Origin: Epiperipatus broadwayi
Taxonomy: Eukaryota > Animalia > Onychophora
Direction of reading: 5' to 3'
NCBI GenBank assembly: GCA_028023455.1
Contig: JAQFVV010000002.1
Coordinates: forward strand, 8,804,001-8,868,000
DNA length: 64,000 nt
Shown: positions 38,200 through 50,294 of the stretch, in pieces
Layout: every line of letters starts with the position of its first letter
Position numbering within the stretch: position 1 is the first letter of the stretch
The notes under the pieces: model-generated
What the model saw: only the letters and a program-made list of their open reading frames with translations
Told to the model about the DNA's origin: nothing
The model's database searches: none
Position numbers and translations under genes: made by a program

Positions 38200-41100
38200 A
38201 GTATGTTAATAATCAAAAAGACACTAATTTTTTCAATATATTTGAATATAGTGAAGATAACTCTAATTTTAAATCTATGTTAAACTTATAATGTGAGTTT
38301 GGGCTAGAGATTAAGAAATCTAAATACACACGCAAAATATACTATAATACAATTATCAAAATATTTTTTTAAATATACTTTTGATTATGAATCTAAAGAT
38401 AGAGTCTTTTAATGAAAGGGAATTGAACTCTGTTTCAAAATTTACAAGCCCACATATATTAGACTTATAAGAGACTAAACTTTACAGCTACTCACAAACA
38501 GAACCATCCATATACCAAAATACAGTTGGTTTTTCTGCTTTCTCTTGGAACTTCTGCTTACCATCAGGTGGAAATAGAATTATTATTACTAAAGCATACC
38601 CCCCCTTTTTTTATTATTAAATTATATATATTGATAATATTTGCTAATTGTTACTTTTTATCACTCTGCAATTGCTCTTAATATAGTTTTGACTTGTGTA
38701 CTATATGGTCCTACAATTATTAAAAGGTGAATCTTTATATTAAATTCTTTTTTTCATTTCCAAGTCATACCCTGCCATTTTCTTTGTAGATTTATACAAT
38801 TGTAATAAACTGTCTGCATCTTCTTAATTTTTTCTTGTTAGTGGAGAATGTTTTCTGCCCTCAGATGCTGTCTCCTTTCATGATGGCTGACATTCTTAAC
38901 TTATACACCTTTTCTTTTATTCACCTATCTTACATTTACTTCTCAACATTAAATTCTTTTTTTTTCTGGTTATTTTGGACTTGTGGTAACAATAGATCTG
39001 GATTTAATGCAGATATACACTAAACATCTTTGCAAAACAATAAGACAGGCAAAACTCTCCATATTGTAGTGCCACTCAGTGCAAGCATAAGAAATAGTGA
39101 TCATGTGAAGTTTGGTGGTTCAAAACAATAAGAGTATTCTTAAAATCTTGTATTTCAGAATTTCTTTCTAAAATTTACATTTTGTTATTTACAATTAAAT
39201 ATATAAAGTTAGACCCTATAGAATAATGGGTTACCTTCATAAATATATTATCACATGTAACAGATCATATAACCTGATCAACTCATTCTCCATCTAGTTT
39301 ATTAGCACTATAGATAAAATACACAAAAATTGCACAGTACAAACCTATACCAGATTTATATATTAAACAATTAACTAGAGCATATGATACAACATGTGAC
39401 ACTCTAAAAGTTTATTCAACCACAAAAAAAGAGAAAAAATCTAACACATCCACATAGCTGGACAAGAAGATATTCACTGGGCAATAGTATATTCTTTCAT
39501 AATGTGGATACTAGCTGCTCTAAATATTAAAGTCACAAACAAAACAGAAAATAATTTAATTGAAATATTATACACACACTTCAAACAAAACTTATAAGCA
39601 ACATTTCAACCTGAACCTAATTTCCTGGGTGAACTGGAAGATGACAATTTTTTATCCAAGTGATTTTGCATTAAAGTTAGCTAATATGCAGTCCTGTTAC
39701 ACAGAAAAACATTCACCTAGATTTGTTTTTGCACACTTAAATCAACTCATAAATCTCTATGTTGCAAAGCCCACAATTTTTTTTACTAAAAATACATAAA
39801 ATAAGGATTATACCCAATATCAATGATATCCTTCAATAAAAAGCACATTCCAATATCCCCTCTAATAGACATATGACCTATATCCATGGGTCTCCCTGTA
39901 GAAGTTAAATTATTAGAATCAGTGCTTAAAGATAAAATTGAACATTATGTATTAACACTCATTTCATTGAAATAATTGGCCAAAAAAAGCTCATGTAATG
40001 GACAAGCAGCCTTTTTATATAAATCAATTTTAGACATAGTTTGTAGTAAAAAAAAAAGTCCAATTTCTGTGCAATTAGATACAGAAATTGCCTTTGATTA
40101 AGTATAAACTGATATTCTTATTCAAACAATTATAGAAATGGAAATATCTCGATCTATGCGATACTTATTTACTAATCTTCTAAGTTGTGAAATACATATA
40201 ATACTAAATGGAAAAATATCATTTATTTGACATCAATCAGTTCCTCAAGGCTTACCTCTCAGAACATTACTGTTTGCTATATATATTAACTCTCTAAAAC
40301 AAAAGAATAAAAATACCTATTATATTCTTACCAGAAATAAACACAAATGTTTTTTGTACACATGTTGTATGGGTAATATTACAGTATTTTTAACATCAAA
40401 CAAATGAATTTTCACACTACTTAACATTTTACAAGAATACACAAACAAATATAAACTTAAATTTAACACAAATATGAGTTCAGTATTATTAATTGATACA
40501 GGTCAGTTTTCCATTCAGTTGTTTTATGTCAAACCTTTCTTTTTTCTTAGCTTCCAATTCTACATAAACTTTACTAATATTAGATAAGACACAAGAAATC
40601 TTAAAAAAGAATTAAAAAAAACTTGTAGCTTCTCTCAAAATTATATCTATCATTATATTTACATATCAATTAATAGTAACAAAAATTTTATACTTTTTAC
40701 TCATTATACAATTTTCAAACTCATTTATATCATATTTAAATTTTTTCTAAATAAAATGATTAAGGGCAAAAAGACAGTAGCTATTTCTATAAAACCTTTA
40801 AATTTATCTTTATGTCTAAATGGCTTTTGGTCTTTGTTTTATTAAAGCCTTTAATATTCAAAAAACAATAAATCTAATATCCATGATTTAAACAATATCT
40901 TTTATTGAAACATACATTGAATATAATTCCTACAGATAGACAACCTCTAATGCCTAATTTTTTCATATTATTTAATAGTTTACAAATTATTAAAAACAAA
41001 ACAGATGTATTATTACAATTAAAACAAGTATTGGAACAGTTTTTGATATTACTTTTTGCTAACTCTCCAAATGACCCTAATTCTTGTATATTTAAAATAA

Positions 41101-41500
41101 ACAACAAACAACTTTTACACTAATTTAAAAATTTGTCTATTGAGACAAAGTATTTTGTTCTTAAAATTAATATAATGTCTCTTCCAACTTTATATTTTCT
41201 TAAATACAGAACACTTTACTCTAATGTGGATTTCACATGTCAATTGTGTAGTAGGTATGATGAAATAATATTTCATTTTCTCTATGATTGCTCTGTGCAG
41301 CAGTGAGACCATTGATCACAAGAATATATAGAAACAATTTTAGTTCACTTAAAACTATAATGAATTCATTTGCTAGAGATTCTTTCTAATGTACTTGCTG
41401 CTATACTTAACCTATATACATTGTACTTCACAAGATTGACATTTATGTATGATAATAACCCAAGATGACATCCTAATACTTTTTAAAATAAATTAGAATA
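38200..41500 (+). pseudogene. Second decayed copy of the L1/Tx1-like family
   Basis: Colinear with 30.9-33.3 kb at the nucleotide level; LDTEIAFD near 40075 and VPQGLPL near 40240. Boundaries approximate. Confidence 0.6.
39046..39121. mobile_element. 76-bp inserted mini-element with 12-bp TSD
   Basis: AAAACAATAAGA at 39034-39045 and 39122-39133. The paralogous LINE copy at ~31.2 kb lacks the insert. Related CAAAACTCTCCATA..GT..TGCCAC sequences occur at ~47393 and ~57135. Confidence 0.75.
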
Positions 41501-41882
41501 ACTGAAAATGAGAAATAAAGTGTTGCTCCAGACATATTTGTAGCCACATGATCATTAATGAAATAGCAGTCAAGCCTGTAGCCCATATTTTATAATTTAA
41601 TAAAAAATAATACAAAAATGATATAATCTTATACTGTATTCAAGATTTATTACTTACTATACTTCATTGTTATATATATATGCATATTTCTCAACACTTC
41701 ATTTTTGTTGTTTCATTGTTTTATATGTACTGTATTCTCATTGTATTTTTTTTATCATTGTAATGCTTAATATTTGTCTTTATAAATATGTTTTTTTTTT
41801 CATTTTATCTGCAATCTTTTATGAGTTTTCAACAAAGTTCCTTTGAAAATCAATAATCATAATAATAATTCAATCAGTTCTT

Positions 41883-42057
41883 TAAAAATTATTTTAACTC
41901 AATAGAATGTAAACAATTAAAATAATAAACAAATATTTTATTTAACCAGTTTTCATCCTATATTAGATACTAATATAGGCAAAAACCAGTTAAATAAAAT
42001 AGTTGTTTATTATTTTTAATTTGTTATTTGATTTCAATTGAGTTAAAATAATTTTTA
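41883..42057. repeat. AT-rich fold-back (MITE-like), ~85-bp imperfect arms, 3-nt loop
   Basis: TAAAAATTATTTTAACTCAAT...CCTATATTAG-ATA-CTAATATAGG...ATTGAGTTAAAATAATTTTTA. Confidence 0.75.
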
Positions 42058-44002
42058 ATACTTTGGAAACAATATTATGGACAAATGTATTTATTAATAC
42101 GTCTGGCTATTATTAAAAATGCAATTCTTTATTTAATGCACATACAGGTTAAGGCCAATTACAGATTGCATATAAAAATGTATATACTATAATAGAACAA
42201 TCAAGAGAAGATAGGAAAAAAGACATCAATCGGATATTATACATATTTTTAAGATCTTTGAAATTTTAATAACAATGACGATGATATGATGATAATAATA
42301 GTAATTGAATTCAGTTTATTTTATGAAATAAAGTCAAAGTATATTACAATTATTTGAAAACTTTAAACAACAAAAATTTTGTACAAGGAGCTTATATTGA
42401 ATAATTAAAAAAAAAATATTGTACACATCAACAGCAGTAGTAATAATCATAACACCCACTGACAGACCTCCCAACTTCATATCTTCTAAGCCTTATCAAC
42501 TCTGTTTAAAATGATACCCATCAAATGATTTCCAGTAATATCAAATACCTATAATAGCATACACACAGCATACTACATTCAAATGCTTGCACTGATTACC
42601 TCCTTTTTTAAATATCAATAATCATCAACTCCTTTATCATTTCAAAAAATGGGCTGTAGGATCAAAATTTTTTGACTTCCTGCTTTATTTTAACCTTTAT
42701 GCCCTATCTATAGCTTACTTTCTGTGCTACCATTCTCTATACTAAATCTTTGATCCATTTTCATCTATGTCATGCAGTAGAAGAGACTCAGCAACACCTT
42801 TTTAATGATTGTCAAATTTTCAATCACATCTGCAAGATCATTTCTGACATGTATTGATGATCTGATATTTCCATCCAACAACTAATCTTTTCCTATCAAA
42901 AACCATACCTTCCCATAGTGCATGCAGCCATCATCATCCTATTTGCTTTTTTGTGCAATCATTGTACTTTTATCCTCAGCAATAATAACTGACAGCACAA
43001 ATCCACTTTTCTAAACAAACCACTAATTAAAAACATGAGACTCAAACACCATCATACACTTTTACAGCCACCTGGCCACTCAAAACAGTCTTACAATTTA
43101 TAAAAAGCTCGCAATTAGCACTATTCTAACACAATGTTCATTCCAGCACCATTCATATATTTTCTATTGATTCCCTGGGTTATCATTTCACTCAATGTGC
43201 TTGCCTGCTCAACTTTCAACCCTTGCCTATGCCCATGCTGCAACCAATTTCAGGAACCTGGAAAACAATTGATCAGCCATCATGCTCCCGCCCTTAACTT
43301 AGACAATATCTGACAGTATTGATTGTATGTTACCCTAAGAACTCAACCATATATTAAAGTGCAAGCCTGAATTCCACATCTGAGATAGCAATCCAAAGTT
43401 TCCAAGGACTCTTGCAACATTATTTTGAACTTAAAACTTTTTACATTTATTTACTTTCAAGCCCAAATTGCGGATGTAATAAATTTTGTAAAAATCTTTT
43501 GTAACTCAGATGAATAAAGATTATTATTGAAACAACATCATCATCATCATCATCATAATAACAACAACAACAACAACAAAAAACAACAATAATAAAAACG
43601 ATAATAATGTAGGAACTGTACAAGTCTTAAACAAATACATTTTACATAAATATTAAAGTAATTATTATTATTAAAGTATAAGACCCATTATTCTAGTACC
43701 TTCACATAAAATATTATATACACGAATTATAAAAAAGCCGTTTTGATGTATTTTCCACGATATTTGTAATATGTTTTGTATTCAATAGATTCATTATTTA
43801 TACATCAGTAAAATACTGAACTTTTGTGTAAGGAAAATAATAATTATTTAATTTATTAGTAAATAATAGCTTGCAAAGCCAAAAACATTTCACAATAATA
43901 AACAATATTTACATAATGAATACTTATATACAATTTAATTTAATATTTGAATGCAACTATAATATATATATTGAACTTTTAGATGTAATTAGAGGAGATT
44001 TG

Positions 44003-44812
44003 AACACAAACTTACAAGCTCCCTTCAGCTATCCACTCCATCTTATATAACTGATACACATAACCTTATACATGTGAAAAATATAAATGATCTCCAATAT
44101 ATATATTTCATGCTGAACTAGCATTTGTCCAGATCATCATATCCCATACATACTTATAATCAGTGCTCAGTTTATATTAAGATAGCAAATCTTCAAACTT
44201 TAATGGATAGGTTTCAATCTTATTTACACTCCAACTCTTCAGCCATCCATATTATTGAAAATCTGATGATGGAATGCTCTAAGGCCTTGTTGATGCCAAT
44301 ATTGTTATAATACTCATGTTGACTTTGTCATTCTGACCCCTCATATATAGGACCTTAATATGTCCATTTAAATATACATTATACTTGTATTCAAATATTA
44401 CAGATTCAGCCTGAATTCTGCCCATCCCTCTTCTGTATATTTAAATGGATATATTAAGATCCTAAATGTGAGGGGTCAGAGTGACTTAAAAGTCAACATG
44501 GGTATGACAACAATATTGACATCAACTAGGGCTTTGAACATTCCATCATCAGATTTCCAATAATATGGATGGGAGAAGAGTTGGAGGGCAGATAAGATTG
44601 AAGCCTGTCCATTAAAGTCTGAAGATTTGCTATCTTAATATAAACTGAGCACAGATTATAAGTATGTGTGAGAGATAATCTGAACTAAATGATGAGTTCT
44701 GCTTCAGCATTACATTTGTATATTGGAGATCATTTATCTTTTTCAAAAGTATGTGGTCATGTGTATCAGTTATATAAAATGGATAACTGAAAGGAGCTTA
44801 AAAGTCTGTGTT
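44003..44812. repeat. Long imperfect inverted repeat (~375-bp arms, ~57-bp spacer)
   Basis: 44003-44377 is a diverged reverse complement of 44435-44812 (e.g. CAGTTTATATTAAGATAGCAAATCTTCA / TGAAGATTTGCTATCTTAATATAAACTG). Confidence 0.9.
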
Positions 44813-44819
44813 TAATAAA

Positions 44820-46800
44820 ATTTAATTTTGAATACTTTAGAATCTAATGCAAAACCAACATTAATAAACATATTGCATTCATTTTGTATTCTATAAAGAG
44901 GTATATTTATTACACATGTATACCTTATTACTGGCAGATAGAATAGTTCATGATTTCTATCATGGAAAGTTGGTATTTCATGTAATATATTAATCACTGA
45001 TTTATCAAAAGATATTGTTCCATTTACTAGTTTATATAAAAAATCATATCAGATAATGATCTTTTATTATGCCATTCATTACAATGTTTGTTATAAGGTG
45101 AAATTTTGTATAGGTATGTCAATATTTATCATAATCTTTCTGTAATTTTTGCCTGTTTGTTTGGGTGCAAAAATTTCATTCATCTGATCCATAATATAGA
45201 ATTGGTATGATCAAACTATTAAATATTAATTTGTTAGTTTGAAAATTAAAACCAGTTGTAGACCTTAGCATGTTGATGAAATGCATTGTATGTTTATTAA
45301 AAGTGAAAGTGTTTGTAATTATTAAGTTCAAATTTTTATGGTCAATAGTTTTTTTACTTCATAACTATCAAATAATTAATGCCTTGGTATTATCATTATG
45401 TTGCTTGATCATGACATGATATTGTATTTGCTAACATTTACTTTCTATTATTTGCTTGACGCCAGTTATAAAATATGTCGATGTAAATTTATAAAATTTT
45501 AACAACCCTTTCTTTGATTTTCAGAGAAATTTTAATATCATCTGCATAACTTAAAATATTTTTATCTGGAATGTGTTATCAAATCTAATACATAGATGGC
45601 AAAAAGTATTAGACTTAATACACTATCTTGAGGGGAACCAAATTTAGAGCCCAAAACAGTTGATTCTTTATTGGTATAATAAACATAATTACTTCTTTCG
45701 GACAAAAATGATCTAAGTAAAATTATTAGAATTGTTAAAAATCCAAATTCTCTGTTTTTCTAAGAAATCATCTATCAATTCTTTCAAAAGCTTTTATTAA
45801 ATTAAAATATATTACATCTAGTTGACTTCTTGTTTCAATAGTTTTACTAATGGCATCGGATACATGAACCAAATTTGTTTCAGTTGACTACCTTGAGAAA
45901 ACTCCATGAAGAGAACAAGAAAAAATATTTTTTAGATGATGTGTAATTCTTTGATAAATTGAGTTTTCAAAAATTTTTCCTAGTATAGATTGTAAAGAAA
46001 TAGATGAGCAGTTTTGAGGCTTCTGATTTCTTTCCTGATTATATATGGGGATCACTTTAGTAGTTTTTCAACAGCTAGGAAAAGTTTCTGTTTTAAATGA
46101 CAAATTTAAAGTGTGCAGCAAAACTTGAGCCAAAAATTTAATGCACCCTTTACAAATAAAAACTTTTATATTATCACTCTATCCAAATTAAATTTTGATT
46201 TATTATAAAAACATTATTCGATATAATATTTTGAGTTAATGGATATTATAATTTTAAATTATTATTTAGCTCATACTAGGATGAAAAATAAATTATAAAA
46301 TCATATGAATTTATATCTGGTGTAGATATATTAAGAATTTTAGAAGTATAATGAATCTTTAGCACATTAAATAATTATACAGGATCTTTATATATGTTAT
46401 ATTGAGCAATTTTTATATATTTAGAAAATCATGTTTTCAAGAATTTTTACTACACGTCTATAATTTTTATAATCATTTAAATATAAAATGCATCTCTATT
46501 TCTTACATAAGCTCTAAAATAACTACTTCCTTTTTATATATCAATGTTTCACAGAGAAGCATTTTAGTAATTTAAGATTCTATTTTATTTGACTGGGATA
46601 AATCTGTCAACGGTATTAATATCTTTTTTGTATAAAAACAGTCAGTTAATGAGTTAATATTCCTAAATATTTTACAATCATCTGCATTGTACAGAAGGTG
46701 TGAAAATTTTAAATTTTCTGCCCAATTATCTTGTAAATGTTAAATAATAATAACAATACAATTCAATGTATTAATATTTCACCAGTTAAGAAAACCATTT
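44820..46800 (-). pseudogene. Decayed Jockey/CR1-like LINE RT region
   Basis: On the - strand, a GSPQDSVLSLILF-like stretch near 45600-45640 and a KQEVN-MY-DF-KAF-like stretch near 45790-45835. Boundaries approximate. Confidence 0.5.
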
Positions 46801-49800
46801 AAAAAATACATTATTATAATTTAAATATATGCTATAATAATAGTTTTTTTTTTCAATAATAGCATTTAGATTCATAAATATAATAATAGCATTTAGATCT
46901 AAAGAAAATATATCAATGTCATTAAAATTAATATAAAGTTTTGATAAGTATAGTGATGCTGAACATAAAGTTTCACATTTCTATTTATCAATGTGAAATA
47001 AATTTTTATTCCTTGTATGGATGAAGTACTTTCATGAACTATTTGGTAGAAAAGTTTCATATTTTAACTAAGTCTTTGATGATACAGATTTCTAAGAATA
47101 TCTTGTGCCTTAATTACAGTAGTAAATTTATTATATAATGATGATAATTTATTTATATGTGATAGTTTATCTGGATTGTATATTATTGAACCATATTCTA
47201 TCATAGGAACTGCAAGAATCTTAAAAAAATGTATTTTAAATAAGTATTAAAGCAATGGCCATTGTGAAATATAAGACTCATCATTCTATTAGCTTTGCAT
47301 ATAATATCAATGTGAATTGTAAAAGTCATTTTTATTGAACCATACTCCAAGATATTATAACAACAAAAATGATAATAATAACAATATTGAAACAGACAAA
47401 ACTCTCCATATAGTAGTGCCACTCATCATGTGATGTTTAGTGATTTAATAATAGTATTAGTAATAATAATAATGATGATGATGATAATAATAATAATAAT
47501 TTAATTTATTTGAATCTTCCATACAGTTTGAAATATACAAACCATTTACAGGTAGGTAATCAAAATATAATATATATATATATAATGAAATGGTCTACTT
47601 ATTAATGCGAGGCATACCTCATTATGATCATTCATTTAATTAACTCTGTCAAACTAATTATAAGAACATTAATAATTAGATAGAAGAAAATTCAGTTTTA
47701 TATATCTTCTATTTTCCCTCCACTTGACTCACATTATACCATGGTATTCAAACTCAGGAATGAGTATGATTGATCATATTAAATATGTGATTGATCATAT
47801 TAAATATGTGATGTGATGAAATGGGGAGTAGACTAATAAAAAAGTTGGCAGCGACTTCAATTTTGATGTTAAAATATTTAATAAAATCATTATCATTAAC
47901 AAATTTTGTTTATTATTGTATTTTAACATGAAATATGTTTTATACAATTATTAACTAACGATTGGATAAGCATGATCATCCTTCATTTCATTTCTTGAAT
48001 AACTGATGATCCAATTCTTTTTTAGCCCTATGAAGGATAATCATTCATTACCCAAACTTTATAATACAAACTTTACATCAAAAGAAACTTAAACTTTCTT
48101 CCAAATAATTTTATGTCTCAATTAATTTGAGAATTACTCTATGTTTTGGGAGCCCTTTTTTAATGATATGATAATATATAATGGGAAAAATCAATCATGC
48201 AAGGGTTTTAATCATATATCATGAATAAACAACAATCTAATAAATAAGTTAGCTGTAACAAACATTTATATTTAACACTGTAATAGTCATCGTATAGATA
48301 TATAATATTAAATAAAGAGTAAAGTCTTAACTAATGGTCAAACCTATTATAAAGTAAGCTTGAGATATCTATGTCTATATTTTATTAATACATTGAAAAC
48401 AATAATATTTATGACCTTCCCTTCTATCCGAATCTGGATTATGGTTGGATGAAATTCACCTAAAAGAAATTTAAAAAAAAAATTATATATATAATATTAA
48501 TCCTGTGTAGTCAAGTTGAGGTTCAAATTGGCAACAGTTCATGTTGACAAGTGTCTAAGGAATTTTATTTTAGAACAGTTTTTCATCTCCCCCCCCTTTT
48601 TTTTTTTGATTTATAATCCACTGGACCATGTTTGAATGTCATTCAAATGATCATGATTACTATTCACATTCTTTCATCAACAATCTTCATTCCAATCTAA
48701 ATAGTTTATTTGGTTTATTATAACATATTTTTAATGTTATTCAGCATGAATCGGTATATGCTGATTTTACTTGAAACTCAAATTTAACTCTTATGGTTAG
48801 GTGTCAAACAGTTTCATCTTCACGATGTCTTCACTATTTTAGCAAGACATCTCTATTGATGAATTTGCTTGAAATTCTTGGTTTTATAGAGTTAAAAGTA
48901 ATTTTCTATTTTTAAACTCTCAGATCAAGATTGGCATGTTCTTTTTTTATTTTTTTTATTTTAAAGTTGGAATTCACTACTATTATGAATAAAATGCTTC
49001 CAAAATTTATAAAGTAAAATTTTTACAAAATATGTAATTTATCCATATTGATTCAAGAAATTTTCTAATTTTCTGTTATTATTTTCTTCTTTAGGGATAT
49101 TTTTAATAGCTTTCATTCTGTAGACTTGAATGGCAGATTCGATGTTAGATTTTTCCAAAAGATGTGTTGACTAGCCAATGTTATTTTCAAATCCTTCTTT
49201 GAAGAAAGTCATTCATTTTTATATTATGTTATTTTTCAGAGTGAGGTTGTTCCATTTTGTTTTATGTTTTATTATTTTAATGTGTCATTTTGAGTTCACC
49301 TTTTATTTCAATTATTGACATCATTTTAATATATGCATGGTTTCTGTAATGGATTAATAAACAAGAAAAGTTTTAATTGTTATTTCTTAAGTGCTTGCTT
49401 GCATTTCTAAGTATGATTTTTTTTCTCTCTCTTATTAAGTCAGTATTGTTAGGAATATAATTTTGAATAATCATTGAAACAAAATTATTAATACATAATT
49501 AATAATATGCTTTTGGTTTATTTAAATGTGTAATCATTAATAATTGTTAAGTATAAAAGATATTGCTAGGATACTTATTTTAATGTTTAGGTTATGACAT
49601 AAATTAGTTTTATAGGTGATAATAGTTTTTAAGATGGATGTGGGGTATGGGTTTTTAGTGGTATGTAAGGTGTCATTTTACAATATATATATATATATAT
49701 ACATACAGTAAAGCTAATGTGACAGTCAGTGTAATAATAATTTAATGTAATTTAATTTAGTACATTTAATAGATTTTACATCCAAACAAAAATGCATAGC

Positions 49801-50207
49801 TAATCTATTTCACAAAACATTGCAGTTTTTTGTACAGTAGTCCTAAATGTTGTATCATTTGTTTCAAATGTTTAACAGCACTAAAGTATTTATTATATAA
49901 TCTAGGTAATCTTACTAATGCTGAATTTTTTAATATTTCACTTTTAAACTTTGGAATGTTATACAAATTTTTTAATTTTGTATCCTTTATTTTTATTTTA
50001 AATGATAATGTTGTTTGGCAATTTTAAGTATTTTCATCTTGGTGTAGATTCATCTTTTATAGAGTACATTGGTGTCATATGTTATTTCATATTTAATATA
50101 TCTTAAAAAAATTTTATATACTTTTTCCAGTGCTAATAATCTATTACTTAAATTACAAAAGTTCCAGATCACAGTTCCATAATATACAAAATTAACAAAG
50201 TGTATGA

Positions 50208-50294
50208 CACACTTGAATGAGAAGCTATAAAGATACACAGAAATTATTACACGCTAAGCGCTTTCGAGGCCTTTTGCCTCATATTCAAAACCAC
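50208..50294 (-). mobile_element. 87-bp insertion carrying a partial hammerhead, 7-bp TSD
   Basis: TGTATGA at 50201-50207 and 50295-50301; the insert is absent from copies B and C. The - strand reads TTGAATAT-GAGGC-AAAAG-GCCTC-GAAA-GCGC-TT-AGCGTG. Confidence 0.6.

Noticed and set aside
48800-48840. Minus-strand GTGAAGA-C-ATC-GTGAA-GAT-GAAA-CTGTT hammerhead-like string
   Set aside because: The first core C is missing and stem I does not pair. It could be a relic but is indistinguishable from chance.
50258-50280. Resemblance of CGCTT...GGCCTTTTG.CT to the 5' end of U2 snRNA
   Set aside because: The match is short, with no branch-point recognition sequence or Sm site. The opposite-strand hammerhead reading explains the stem better.
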